The notes under the pieces: generated by a model | Told to the model about the DNA's origin: nothing | The model's database searches: none | The model's input: the letters and a program-made list of their open reading frames with translations, nothing else | Shown here: piece by piece, positions 1-12,750 of the stretch | How the letters are laid out: each line of letters starts with the position of its first letter | Position numbering within the stretch: the first letter of the stretch is position 1 | Assembly: GCF_006345805.1 (NCBI RefSeq) | Contig: NC_042997.1 | Location: 186,930,001-186,994,000 of the forward strand | DNA from: Octopus sinensis | Taxonomy: Eukaryota | Direction of reading: 5' to 3' | Length of the DNA: 64,000 nt | Program-made: the position numbers and the translations under genes

Positions 1-250
1 ACAACAAAAGAATGAAAGAGACCTTGATATTATGTAAATAGAGGAATTTATCTGTAAATATAATATGTGACAAAGAAAACTCTGAGTTTCAGATGTCAGG
101 GCAGAAACCCATGCCACCATCTCTTCAGTTATCGGACCATTGAAAAAAATGCTATGAAAATGACCGTTAAACAAAAGGGAAATTACTGTGTGATTGACTG
201 TTATTTAGACAAAAGAGCTATTAGGAAGACCACTAAGTGAGGGGAGGGAG
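1..250 (-). mobile_element. Penelope-like (PLE) terminal-repeat fragment carrying a hammerhead-like fold
   Basis: Minus strand contains CTGAAGA...GAAA with three flanking stems. The PLE assignment rests on the known HHR-PLE association, not on coding sequence. Confidence 0.45.
73..133 (-). ncRNA. Hammerhead ribozyme-like motif (type I), one atypical extra U
   Basis: Minus strand reads GATAA CTGAAGA GATG..CATC T GAAA CTCAGAG T T TTCTT. Stem I is GATAA/TTCTT, stem II is GATG/CATC, stem III is ACTC-A-GAGT, cleavage triplet GUU. Confidence 0.55.
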
Positions 251-627
251 TATAGGTAAGAGAGTAAAAATGTTCATAGTAATCGCGTAAGCGTGCATAT
301 CCATACATACACATGCACGCCCGCACACCCACGTACATGCGCCTATAAGAATATACTCATCCACCTTCACTTGAAACACACACATGCTCACCCACACATT
401 TGCCAAAAACTATATACATACCTGCATACATGCTCGCGCGTGTGTGTGTGTGCGTTTATAGACATGTGCGGGTATGCATGTATATAGATGTGTTTGTGTG
501 TGTGCATACGAGAATGTGCATATATAGACGTGTTTTACTCTTATTACTTATTTTTTACACTTTCTTTACACATTATTCTGTATTTTGCCTGTCGTCCTGT
601 TTTTCCTTGTGCATGGGCGTATATAGA

Positions 628-792
628 CGTGTGTATGAACCTTTCTTCATAGCAAGGGTGGCTATCTGGGTAGTTGAGGGCCACTATGAAAAGTAGTGGT
701 CCCAAGACAGTGCCCTGTGGAACACTGCTCACTATTTGTGTTTTCTTTGAGGTGGCTCCATTGGTCACTACTGCCTGACTTATATCTTTCAG
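628..792 (-). mobile_element. LINE reverse transcriptase fragment (CR1/L2/jockey group)
   Basis: Translates to ..SQAVVTNGATSKKTQIVSSVPQGTVLGPLLFIVAL, containing the RT VPQGxVLGPLLF motif. Cut by a SINE at 794. Confidence 0.85.
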
Positions 793-793
793 A

Positions 794-887
794 AGTAGAA
801 GACACTTGCCCAAGATGTCATGCAGCGGGACTGAACCTGGAACCGTGTGGTTGGGAGGCAAGCTTTTTACCACACAGCCATGCCTGT
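794..887 (-). mobile_element. SINE family A (tRNA/CORE-like), 5' fragment
   Basis: Matches the head of the full copies (ggctgtgtggtaa..cttgggcaagtgtcttcta). Confidence 0.85.
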
Positions 888-1367
888 ATGGATGTATGAA
901 CGGGTGGATGGAGTCACAGTATTTGGATTCAAGTACTCTGGTAGTACTCATAAAAAAAATCTTCTTAATGTATCATTCTACAAAACATAAAAAATATATT
1001 GAATGATATAAGAGAAAGCGATAACGAGTGTAAGATTATTTGCATTTTGCATTAATGCAGACATGTAAGTAATTTATTTATTATTAAATATAATAATATA
1101 AATCATTTACATGTTATTAAGCTATGAAACAATTTGTCATGATATTTGAATATTCTCATCATTAGATATATTTTCATCAAACTACTTCTCTGTCATCAAT
1201 AACTTTATGACTTTGTATATATATATCTGCATAAATGTGCATATGTGTGTGTGTGTATACAATTTATAACTAAGAGTTTTTACATTAGCATTAATGTATG
1301 CGAAAATAGTGAATAATTCATGTATGTTATGCATACATTCTATGTTAGGTCACTTTTAGTGCTACTG

Positions 1368-1575
1368 GTACTGTGTAACCCAGTATGATCTGTTGCAACA
1401 TTGGATTGTTGGGAACTAAATTGGCAACCTTACCAAGCTTGCTCTGGTAAGGTGGATGGTTTTCACAAAATCTATGAAAGGGTGGATGAATTCAGCAGAG
1501 TCTAAGCCATCCAACAGATGAGAGTGAGAGACATCTCGTCTTTGTTTAGACATCTCTCAAGGAGGAAGAAAACTC
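1368..1575 (+). repeat. Degraded copy of the repeat at 54455-54920 (possible RTE-like 5' region)
   Basis: Shares gtaacccagta..ccaagcttgct..aaagggtgga with 54455-54630. Confidence 0.55.
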
Positions 1576-1680
1576 TTATGTAACATCTGTGAACTTCATT
1601 TGCATCCAATGATTTAGGCTAGTTTTTTTTAGACATAAAAGCATAAATACACACATACATACACACGTGTATGTGTGTGT

Positions 1681-1744
1681 GTATGTATGTATGTATGTAT
1701 GTATGTATGTATGTATGTATGTATGTATGTATGTATGTATGTAT
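1681..1744. repeat. (GTAT)n microsatellite followed by mixed (TA)/(TG) tracts to about 2010
   Basis: Directly visible. Confidence 0.95.
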
Positions 1745-1844
1745 GCATGAATGTATGTATATAAATATATGTATATATACATGTAAGCAGACACATATCT
1801 ATCAGTCTATATCTATAAATATATATGTGCAGACACACCACACA

Positions 1845-1898
<54 letters not shown>

Positions 1899-1948
1899 TG
1901 TCTGTGTCTCTCTCTCTACACACACATATATATGTATGTATATATATG

Positions 1949-1979
<31 letters not shown>

Positions 1980-2435
1980 ATATATGTGTGTGTGTGTGCA
2001 TGTGTGTGTAAGAAATTAAGATGACAAGGGAAAAAATAATTATAACTGTATTGGCTTATGACTGTTTCTGCTGTAAAACGTAATGGACTCATAGTTGAGT
2101 GCCTGGGATTGCCTTATAGCTTCACTGGAGCTTCAAACATGAAGTGCACATGTTAGATATGCATATATATATATAAGCATACATATAAATTAATACTTTG
2201 TTGCTAAAAGTGCTGTAATAAAGAAAATTGCACCAAATGGAATCATTATATATTATAACATAGCATCAGTAGAGTTATGAGCTTGTTAGGATATTTTTAA
2301 CAATGATACAAACACAAATGAATGGGAGATACATTGCCAAACTGCTAAAAAATTCAGACTTGTAGACAGACCCCAAGCATTCAATATCTTTAGATAACAT
2401 TACACAATGTAATGTTACACATTATGGTTTAAATC

Positions 2436-2668
2436 TACTCTTTTACTCTTTTACTTGTTTCAGTCATTTGACTGCGGCCATGCTGGAGCACCGCCTTTAG
2501 TCAATGAAATCGACCCCAGGACTTATTCTTTGTAAGCCTAGTACTTATTCTATCAGTCTCTTTTGCCGAACCGCTAAGTTACGGGGACGTAAACACACCA
2601 GCATTGGATGTCAAGCAATGTTGGTGGTGGTGGTGGGTGGGGCACAAACACAGGCACACACACACACA

Positions 2669-2701
<33 letters not shown>

Positions 2702-2871
2702 TATATACGACGGGCTTCTTTCAGTTTCCGTCTACCAAATCCACTCACAAGGCTTTGGTTGGCCCAAGGCTATAGTAGTAGACACTTGCCCAAGGTGCCA
2801 CACAGTGGGACTGAACCCGGAAACATGTGGTTGGTAAGCAAGCTACTTACCACACAGCCACTCCTGCACCT
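2436..2871 (-). mobile_element. SINE family A, full length, internal (CA)n
   Basis: tRNA-like head, ccttgggcaagtgtc CORE-like block, internal microsatellite, (AAAAGAGT)n tail. Confidence 0.9.
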
Positions 2872-2919
2872 ACGATAAAATTAGAACCAACATTTAATTA
2901 AAATTTAATATTGCTTTCA

Positions 2920-3120
2920 GATTTTGGCACAAGGCCAGCTAGTTTGGCGAATGTTGATTACAATGGCCTTGGTGTTCAACTGATGCTTATTTTATGGGCC
3001 TTAAAAGGATGAAAGGCAAAGTCGACCTCAGCAGAATTTTAACTCAGAAAGTAAAGACAAATGAAATGCCACTTACCATTTTGCCTGGCACAGTCATGAT
3101 TCTGCCAGCCAGCTGCCTTA
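2920..3120 (-). mobile_element. SINE family B, degraded
   Basis: Contains ggatgaaaggcaaagtcgacctc..actcagaa, shared by many copies in the window. Confidence 0.85.
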
Positions 3121-3239
3121 TTAAGGCCTAATATTATTAGACAATTATAAAAGAGATTGAATTAATTAACTTTATTCGTAAGTATTTAGGTCTATGCACT
3201 GTGAATTTAGATGAAACATGGTAGTGAGAAATAAGACAA

Positions 3240-3890
3240 AAGTGGCTTTATCTGATATGAAGGTGCAGAATGTAGTTCTTTTGTGCTCATTGGTTTTTTT
3301 CTTGAAGAATATATCTAATGCTGTCTGTATTTTCTCTTGCTTTTCTTTTTCTCATGGAACAATTCACCGTAGCAGTGTATCATGTCAAGAATATCCCTTT
3401 ACTTTGTTGCTGCACTTCCAATCTGGACCTTTCTTAGCAAACAGATCTATGATTTCCATATTCCTGGTGTGGCTGTTACTAAAGATTTCGGTAGTAAGAA
3501 TCATTTCTTGTATTACTGACTCTTTAGTAGGGTTCTCAGATTCATTTTGGATGCAGCACTGTGCTAACTTTTGCAGTTTTTCCATAGATAAACCCTTACT
3601 CAAAGATTCACAAAAGGAAACAAAAACCGAAAAATTATAATAAAACTGGGCTACCATGATTTATGTATTTTTATGTTCCCATAAGCCAATAGAATTCAAA
3701 AGAGTAAAAAAAAGTTTCTGCAGGACTATTGTCGTGTAACCAGGGTAACCATCTTGGATCCAGTCTAGAAGATGACAGACTGCAAGGACAGAAGATAGGT
3801 ATCCAGTTCCATGCAAAGGTGCATTTTCAGGAAGAACTAGAATAAAACTACAGTTTGGCAGTGTTATGTATTGCAAGATTATCCCACTTG
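3240..3890 (-). mobile_element. pogo/Tigger-like transposase fossil, C-terminal part (stops and frameshifts)
   Basis: Across two frameshifts it reads ..IIDLFAKKGPDWKCSNKVKG/ILDMIHCYGELFHEKKKS/KIQTALDIFFKKK, resembling the Tigger C-terminus. Upstream FILVLPENAPLH resembles the LLLLDNAPGH DDE motif. Confidence 0.65.
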
Positions 3891-4177
3891 TCTGCAAAAA
3901 CAGAATTTATTAGAATTTATTGCATCAGTTACATTTTGGCATTATAAGTTTAGTTTACAAAATCTTGACAAATAATTACTTTAAACCAATTCAACCATTA
4001 TGACATACTGTAAGGGAGAATTTTATTCTTTGTACACAGTACTTTAAATTTTCAATTACATATCCCTGCTTGTGCAGTGTTCATGGAAATTTCAGCCACA
4101 TTAAGATCAGAGGTTTACTGTATTGTAGGGCTCTCACAGTTCCCTTCAATGCATGTAAAACGTCTAGATTGAATTAT

Positions 4178-4390
4178 GGCTGATGCCAGCACCCCCACCC
4201 CCGACTGGTCCCTGTGCCAGTGGAATGTAAAAAGCACTATCCAAACATGATCGATGCTAGACCTGCTTGACTGGCTCCTGTGCTGGTGGCATGTAAAAAG
4301 CACCCACTACACTCTTGGAGTGGTTGGTGTTAGGAAGGGCATCCAGCTGTAGAAACTATGCCAGATCAAGATTGGAGCCTGGTGTAGCCA
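4178..4390 (+). mobile_element. RTE 3' UTR fragment (family R)
   Basis: Contains cacccactacactcttggagtggttggtgttaggaagggcatccagctgtagaaac, as downstream of the RT at 56456-57266. Confidence 0.85.
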
Positions 4391-4429
4391 CTGGCAGGAA
4401 GGTCGAATTTTTCACAAAAGTGAATGAGA

Positions 4430-4545
4430 TTTTTTGGATGGCCTTCTAAGACTTCAAAGTTGATTTCAAATGTAGGTGATCATTGCCAATGAATACAACC
4501 AGATTCAAAGTCCCTGGTCAAAGTCATCTTGGCGCACAGATCTTC
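4430..4545 (-). mobile_element. Possible mariner N-terminal fossil
   Basis: Frameshifted patches EDLCAKM, DFDQGL, FIGNDHLHLKST and LEGHPK resemble the mariner HTH region. Weak. Confidence 0.35.
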
Positions 4546-5529
4546 GGGCTTTCCATTTCAGGGCCACTTGCTCAAAAGTCTCATAAGGTATATTGATTGC
4601 TTGTACACACACACACACACACAAACACATGGCTGATAGAATCAAGCAGGTTTGATTCTACTACAAGGTTCCTCAGTTGTCTACAAGACACATGCCCAAG
4701 GTACCTTATAATAGGATCAAATGCTGAGCCACTAAGTTGTAAAATAAACTTCTTAACTCAATCATGCCTGTGCAGCACAGTATTTCAGGCATAAATTTAT
4801 TTACAATTTCATCGGAAATAATTTTTTTCTTCTTAATTATCACAAATTCACATGAGAGCAAATAAATGCTTTACATATCATTATCAATGTTCAGCTCATT
4901 TGATTGAGTTAATGGAATGAATAAACTTAAAATATTCTAGCAGATAACCTTAGGCTAAGTTGCATGCTGTGGTTTATGTCTATAAGGAAATGAATTTGTA
5001 TTAATATGAATGAAGGAAAGAAAAATGAGATTTGTAAGATAGGGAAAATGGGCATTTGGGATAGATTTAGTTTTCTCAAAGGTATTAGCAATGTATGTAA
5101 TATAAATTGCCTTCAACCAGGAATTGAAACTTGATCATGGCTTATTAGAAAGATAACAAAAAGAAAAAGGTTTTATGAATGATTGATATTGGTATTTCCA
5201 GTAGAAGCAGCAGCAGCAGTAGTAGTAGTAGCAGCAGCAGCAGCAATAGTAGTAAGAAAATCAGCAGCAACCTAGGCAGTATAATAACAGAACCTTGCTT
5301 TTACTTGATTCACTAACAGCAGCTGTAGTAGAAGCTGTTTTCTCAATATTATATGTTAGATTCCGTCGTGGTCAACTCTGCCTTTCATTCTTTTAGGGTT
5401 GATAAATTAAGTACCAGTTATGTACTGGGGTCAATGTAATCGACTGCCCCCCCTCCCCAAAAATTTTGGGTCATGTGCCTAGAGTAGAAAAGAATATTAT
5501 ATGTTAGTATCATACATACATTCTTCAAT

Positions 5530-5959
5530 TCTTTTTACTTGTTTCACTTATTTGACTGTGACCATGCTGGAGCACCGCCTTTGGTTGAACAAATCAATCA
5601 CAGGACTTAATCTTTTGTAAGCCTAATACTTATTCTATCGGTCTCTTTTGCCGAATCACTAAGTTACAGGGATGTAAACACACTAGAACTCATTGTCAAG
5701 CGATGTTGGGGAGACAAATACACAAATACATACACTCTCATGCACACACGTACACACACACACAGACTTATACAACAGGCTTTTTTCAGTTTTCCATCTA
5801 CCAAATCCACTCACAAGGCTTTGGTGAGCCTGAGGCTATTGTAGAAGACACTTGCCCAAGGTGCCATATTTGCCCAAGCAAGGTGTCATGCAGGGAGACT
5901 GAACCTGGAAATATGTGGTTGGTAAGCAAGCTACATACCACACAGCCACTCCTGCGCCT
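5530..5959 (-). mobile_element. SINE family A, full length
   Basis: Same structure as 2436-2871, with a small internal duplication. Confidence 0.9.
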
Positions 5960-5976
5960 ATATATATATAAATAAT

Positions 5977-6151
5977 CTTTTACTTGTTTCAGTACCCCAT
6001 GCTGGGGTACTACCTTGAAGAATTTTAGTTGAATGAGGTAACTCCAGAACTTATCTTTTTAAGCCTGGTGCTTATTCTATTGGGTTTCTTTTGCTCAACC
6101 ACTAAGTTATAAGAACATAAGTTAACAAACACTAGTTGTCAAAAAAAAACA

Positions 6152-6229
<78 letters not shown>

Positions 6230-6385
6230 CATGCACGAAGGGTTTCTTTCAATTATTGCCTTTTGAATTCACTCACAAGGCCTTGGTTGGCCTAGGGCTA
6301 TTGTAGAAGACATTTGCCCAAAGTGTCACACAGTGTGACCGAATCATCTGCAGCCATATGGTTGGGAAGGAAACTTATCACACAG
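5977..6385 (-). mobile_element. SINE family A, older degraded copy
   Basis: Tail, internal (CA)n(TA)n and head are recognisable. Confidence 0.75.
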
Positions 6386-6668
6386 ACACACACACACACA
6401 CACATGTATATACACATACATACATGCACACATACATTCATGCTTACATACATACACACATACACACACACATATATATGTACATACTCCACACATGAGA
6501 TCCAGAGATTCTCTGTATTGAAGACACTTAGTATACATATATGCGTACACTCTTACAACACCGTTTTCTTTAGTGCTATAAAGGCAGAAATAAATCTGCC
6601 TTCAACAGAGTTGCCTGCCTGTGTTTTGCTTATTTTTTGTGTTTTACTACATAAAGGTCACCAACTTT

Positions 6669-7087
6669 AGGCGCAGGCATGGCTGTGTGGTAAGTAGCTT
6701 GCTTACAAACCACATGGTTCTGGGTTCATTCCCACTGCATGGCACCTTGGGCAAGTGTCTCCTACTATAGCCTTGGGCTGACCAAAGACTTATGAGTGGA
6801 TCTGGTAGACGGAAACTGAAAGAAGCCCGTCGTATATATGTATATATATATATATATGCATGTGTGTGTATATGTTTGTGTGTCTGTGTTTGTCCCCCCA
6901 ACATCACTTGACAACCGATGGTGGTGTGTTTACGTCCCCTGTAACTTAGCGGTTTGGCAAAAAGAGACTGATAGAATAAGTCCTAGGCTTACAAAGAATA
7001 AGTCATGGGGTTGATTTGTTTGACTAAAGGCGGTGCTCCAGCATGGCTGCAGTCAAATGACTGAAACAAGTAAAAGAGTAAAAGAGT
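6669..7087 (+). mobile_element. SINE family A, full length
   Basis: Runs from aggcgcaggcatggctgtgtggtaag to gaaacaagtaaaagagtaaaagagt. Confidence 0.92.
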
Positions 7088-7440
7088 AATACTGTAACTG
7101 CCTGCCCTGAGTAATTACTGTCGGCACATGCCTGATATATATACATATATATATATATCTTTTTACTTGTTTCAGTCATTAAATTGTGGCCATGCTGGGG
7201 CATCACCTTGAAGAATTTTAGTTGAATGAGTTAACCCTAGTACTTATTTTTTTAAAGCCTGGCACTTATTCGATCACCTTCTTTTATATAACTGCTAAGT
7301 TATGGGAACATATACACACCAACACTGGTTGTCAAGCAGCGGTGGGGGACAAACACAGCTCCAAAGATACACACACATAGATACACACACACACATAGAT
7401 GTATACACACACACACATGCACACACACACACATATATAT

Positions 7441-7650
7441 AGGGAGAGTCAAGACTATTGAAAAGGTTGCAAGGCACAACGAAAATTTTAGGAAAATAAA
7501 AATAAGGAATAAGTGGAAATTTTACCAGTGAGTGTGTTAAATCATAAGGCACAAAAAGAGAATGACTCTCCCCAGACACAACAGTATATAGGGAAAATTC
7601 ACAAAAAAAGACAAAAGATGAAGACAGGTGGTGTAGACAGGTGGCATCAT
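7441..7650. mobile_element. PLE-like repeat fragment
   Basis: 7441-7590 matches 46201-46390 and 61103-61240. 7590-7650 matches the repeat at 45207-45260 that carries a hammerhead-like fold. Confidence 0.55.
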
Positions 7651-7661
7651 ATATATATTTT

Positions 7662-7738
<77 letters not shown>

Positions 7739-7894
7739 GTAATGAGGTACTCAGAAAATCGGATGGTTTATATTTACAGATATTTATTTGTATATTACAT
7801 TTTTTATATATATATCAAATCACTTAGATCATTAGTGCTTTCTCCCATTCTAGTGGGGTTTTCAAATCAAACTATATATATATATATGATGAGT

Positions 7895-8050
7895 TTTTTC
7901 AGTTTCCATCTACCAAATCCACTCACAAGGCTTTGGTTGGCCCAAGGCTATAGTAGAAGACACTTGCCCAAGGTACCACAGAATGGGATTGAACCTGTAA
8001 CCATGTGGTTAGGAACAAACTCCTTACCACACAGCCATGCTGGCACCTGT
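7895..8050 (-). mobile_element. SINE family A, 5' half
   Basis: Head sequence match. Confidence 0.85.
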
Positions 8051-10243
8051 ATATAGAACAGATGGTCTTTTCCTTGTCTCTTACTATGAAAGACTTGCCT
8101 ATACCTCTGAAAGAAGTGCTATTTAACACCTGGATGCCCTTCCTGTCACCAATCCTTTTAGTCATCTTTTACAATATGTAGAAATATTTGTACCAATTCT
8201 AAAACTGGAGTACACATAGTAAAGAGTACCCAATATACTCTTGGGACAAAACCTCAAACGGCCTTCACAATAATCAGTGGAGAAACTGATAATTCTGGGG
8301 AACATACAATTTAAAATTTTGCCATTCTCAAAATAATTACTCTACCCCTGTCCCCACACTGAATAAATGAAAAATATTACATTAATGTCTTGAAGAAATA
8401 TTTTGTAGAGTGCTTGAATAATCTAAGTATATGTGATATATTGAGAACAATTCTCTGCATTATTTTATCAACAAAATACAGTGTCATTATCTATTATTTC
8501 ACTTTAATGCACAACAAACTTTTCTATGGAAAATCTGAATGTGGAGATGTATATATGTGTGGGAAATAATATTAAGACAGAAAAAAAAAACAAAAAAAAA
8601 AAGGAAGAAGAGGAAAGAAATAAAAGAAACATCTTCAAGTTGGAATCTATAAATGACCCAGATTTTTGTAATTTTACTTCAGGTGCTAAATATAGAAATT
8701 ATGAGATTACTATGTAGTTAAAACAAAATTGCAATCTTAGGCTATTATCAGCAGCATCTTCTTGCTGAGTATCAAATAGACAATGCCAAGAAAAATACAC
8801 AAATAAATGAATGAATGAATGAATAAATAAATAAATAAATAAATAAAATTCAGAATAGCAAGTGAAAATAATTGTCTTTTATTGAAGGGTCTCTCTTGGT
8901 GCAAGAGCAATTTCCAGGTTTGGAATGTATTCAATGGCTGGATCAGTTTATACAGCAGCTTACTGAATGGCTCACAATAGCAATAGATACTATAAAATTT
9001 TACACATAAAAATCAGCCAGTCACTTGTCTTCATTGTCTTATTGTATGTGTATTTGATGTGTGTGTGTATGCATGTCTGTGTACTGACCTCCTCTTCATA
9101 GCAGCTGTTTGATAACTGCACTGCAATCATTTCCTTCTATTTTTCACTCTCTTTTATTTGAGTCAGGTTAAAAACCGTTCAAATTGAATTCGAAGGAAGC
9201 AAGGAAGGAATAGATTTATTCTTACTTACATAGATATTTATTCCTGCAACTGCATTGATGATAGGAAGCTAATGTGCAGATTTTACAAGGAAGTCAGTCA
9301 ATGACAGATAGACAGCAGCACTGCCACTATCAATGATGGCATCTTGCAGAATCTACCTGTCAGCAAAATGTGCGAGAACATGTCTCAGTGAACCAATTAG
9401 TAATATGTTGATATTTGTACTCATACTATATCGCTCAGGTTTATGGGTCTTGATTTAAGAAGAATTATCAAGAAAGAGGTGAGAGAAAAATAAAATAAAA
9501 AAAAAAGAATAGAGTATATGCATTATAAAGAAAGCTGCTTAAGAATATGTGGAATTAGGGTAAAATATGATCTATAAGAAATGAAGATATAATTCTAAGC
9601 GTATTGTTTGTGTATGCGATTAGTGCTATACTTTTTTTTTAATATAAGTCAACTGCAAGCCAGAGCTCCAATAGCTACTCTGCTTGCCATATTGACTGAC
9701 CTCGGCAGTAGATAAAGTATGGCAGAGGCAAGGGAGTAGAGATGCTATAGATTGAAGAAAGTGGCACACTAGGTAGATAGGGAAATGTGTATGTATGCAC
9801 AAGCATGCACACCCACATATAGTTGCATGTGTGTTATCGCTCTCTCTCTGCACACATATATATATAAATCTGGGTGTGTTTTGTGTATCTATCTTTGTAT
9901 TATATCTATCAATATATGATCTATGTATTATATACATATGGAAAACAGATGTTAAATGATGATGGTGACAAGATATATTTATCACATATATATACATGTG
10001 TGTATATATAAAAATTTATATGCATATTATTCATATCTATCTATCTATAATTATATAAATAAAATGTTATATATAGTATATTTATCATATATCTATATCT
10101 GTATTTATGTATGCACAAACCTATTATACAATACATATCATTGTATCAACCAGACTATCATATGCTATATGCCACTGGTTACAATGCACTTCCTCGTGCA
10201 GTTGTAGCTTTCAAATGATGCCACCCCACTGGCTAGGCAGGCA

Positions 10244-10246
<3 letters not shown>

Positions 10247-10283
<37 letters not shown>

Positions 10284-10386
10284 ATGTATACATACATACA
10301 TAATACATATATATATATATATGTATGTATATGTATACATACATACATAATACATATATATATATATATATGTATATGTATACATA

Positions 10387-10448
<62 letters not shown>

Positions 10449-10688
10449 ATGTATACATACATAATGCACAAACATATATATATATATATATGTATATGTA
10501 TACATACATATATGTATACATACATATATATATATATACATATATGTATATACACATATATGTATATGTATACATACATACATATGTATGTATACATATA
10601 TGTATACATGCATATATATACATATATGTATATATACATATATGTATATATACATATATGTATACTTACATATATATATATATATATA
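10247..10688. repeat. Long compound (TA)n/(TATG)n/(TACA)n microsatellite
   Basis: Directly visible; source of the YIYI-type spurious ORFs. Confidence 0.95.
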
Positions 10689-11067
10689 TGGATGAAGAAA
10701 AAGTTCTTTCTAAGAGAGGAGAGTGTAAGAGAAGGAGGTATGTGTGGGTATCTGTGCGCACACAAGTCTGTGTGTGTGTGTGTGCGTGTGCCTGTGTGTG
10801 TGCATATTTGTGTGTATGTGTTGTGTGTATGGTGTGTGTGTGGATTTGGCTGTTTATATGTGTGAGTGAACTTTGTGCCTCTTAATATTTTAGGAAGAAT
10901 TCAGCAGCATGGTAACAGGAGTGGTGGTCTTTTTGTGTAGTTGTGTATCTCTTCACATGCGCTTAGAGATACGGTCAGAGATGCAGTCAGTAGAAAGGTG
11001 TTTGACTGGCAGTTTGAAGTATGTGTGTGCATAAATGTGCATGTGTGTATATGTCCATGTATGTGTA

Positions 11068-11096
<29 letters not shown>

Positions 11097-11100
<4 letters not shown>

Positions 11101-11397
11101 AGGCACATGGCCTAGTGGTTACAGCAGCAGACTTGCAGTTGATGGATTGTGGGTTCGAATCTCAGACCGAGCGATGTGTGTGTTTATGAGTGAAACACCT
11201 AAGCTCCACGTTGCTCCGGCAGAAGGTAATGACGAACTTCTGCTGCTTCTTTCGCCACTACTTTCTCTCACTCTTTCCTCCTGCATCTTGCAGCTCACCT
11301 GCGATGAATCGGCGTCCCGTCCAGGTGGGGAACCCATATGCCAAGGAAACCAGGAAACCGGCCCTTATGAGCTAGGCATGGCTCGAGAAGGAACATG
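11097..11397 (+). mobile_element. SINE family C (tRNA head; V-domain-like ggcgtcccgtccagg block)
   Basis: A-box tggcctagtgg and B-box ggttcgaatct. Same family as 38925 and 41229. Confidence 0.9.
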
Positions 11398-11398
11398 A

Positions 11399-11478
<80 letters not shown>

Positions 11479-11479
11479 T

Positions 11480-11883
11480 AGGCGCAGGAGTGGCTGTGTG
11501 GTAAGTAGCTTGCTAACCAACCACATGGTTCCGAGTTCAGTCCCACTGCGTGGCATCTTGGGCAAGTGTCTTCTGCTATAGCCCCGGGCTGACCAATGCC
11601 TTGTGAGTGGATTTGGTAGACGGAAACTGAAAGAAGCCTGTTGTATATATGTATATATATATGTGTGTTTGTGTGTCTGTGTTTGTTCCCCTAGCATTGC
11701 TTGACAACCGATGCTGGTGTGTTTACGTCCCCGTCAATTAGCGGTTTGGCAAAAGAGCCTGATAGAATAAGTACTGGGCTTACAAAGAATAAGTCCCGGG
11801 GTCGATTTGCTCGGCTAAAGGCGGTGCTCCAGCATGGCTGCAGTCAAATGACTGAAACAAGTATAAAAGAAAAAAAAGAGAGT
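11480..11883 (+). mobile_element. SINE family A, full length
   Basis: Head-to-tail match to family A. Confidence 0.92.
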
Positions 11884-12117
11884 ATATATATATATATTAT
11901 ATATATTATGTTCATTATGTTATACATCAGGTTCGTTCTGATTTTTGAGCTGCATCAGACTCCATTATCTGCTTTGGCATGCTAGTGCTTTTTACATGGC
12001 ACTGACACCAGTGGTGTTACCAAGTAACTTGCAAGACAAAGAACTCTCAACTGGGAGAGGGAGTGGAATAAGGGTAAGTGGCTTTGTGTTGGGTGATAAC
12101 CGCTTCCCACTTCTTGT

Positions 12118-12432
12118 TCCATTTTAAAACAGAGCTGTTACTGGAGATGAAGTATGGATCTTTTACTAAAAACATTAAATGTTATTGTTAAGTGGATCAA
12201 TCATGGGTACCAACCGGTTTAGTAGCCAAGTGGAAGCCTTCATCTCCAAAAGACCATGTTGAATGTATGGTGCGATGTCCAAGGAGTCTTTGATTAGGAA
12301 CTGTTAGTGAATAGTCTAACGATCAACACTGATATGTATTGTCAGCAACTGAACTGTTTCAAAGCTGCTTTGGAAACAAAAAGCCCATCTTTAGTGCACA
12401 GGAAAGAAATAATTTTCCAGCATGCCCTTAAA
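12118..12432 (+). mobile_element. mariner transposase fossil (DDD catalytic region)
   Basis: Reads PF*NRAVTGDEVWIFY / LHLQKTMLNVWCDVQGVFD*ELLVNSLTINTDMYCQQLNCFKAALETKSPSLVHRKEIIFQH, matching the mariner VTGDEKW and YCQQL..FHHDNARPH regions. Confidence 0.88.
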
Positions 12433-12750
12433 CCTGGTTGCCCTTCTACTAACACTAACCATACAGTACTTCTTTCTATCTCACTCCTTCCCTCTTCATT
12501 TTCTCATTTCCAGTTTCCCATCCATAGGAATAAAACTACAAATTTTTACTCTCAGATGTTCTACTATTTTTTTTTTTACTTATTTATTGTGAATAATTGT
12601 TGATGGAGCTGCTGTAGGCTTTACCTATAACTGAAGATGTCTAGAAAGAAACCATCAAACACAGCGGTAAGAAAAGGATCCGTAAAAGGATTACAGTGGA
12701 TATTAAACTTGATGTGGGGGAAAAATTCAGACACATTACCAAAACATTAA

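Noticed and set aside
2504-2878. Recurrent ORFs such as ..RASFSFRLPNPLTRLWSARGYSRRHLPK..
   Set aside because: Antisense readings of SINE family A; the same peptide recurs at each copy.
3850-3891. Possible terminal exon KWDNLAIHNTAKL* with a PTS1-like AKL end after a good acceptor
   Set aside because: Lies within sequence better explained as a Tigger fossil; no upstream exons could be tied to it.
8730-9800. Several short protein-like frames with splice-like signals on both strands (e.g. SLLVQEQFPGLECIQWLDQF, DIYSCNCIDDRKLMCRFYKE)
   Set aside because: Mutually inconsistent strands, no recognisable protein, and such short frames are expected by chance.
10107-10885. Longest ORFs in the track (125-252 aa, YIYI/HIHI-rich)
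   Set aside because: They are translations of (TA)n/(TATG)n microsatellite, which lacks stops in several frames.
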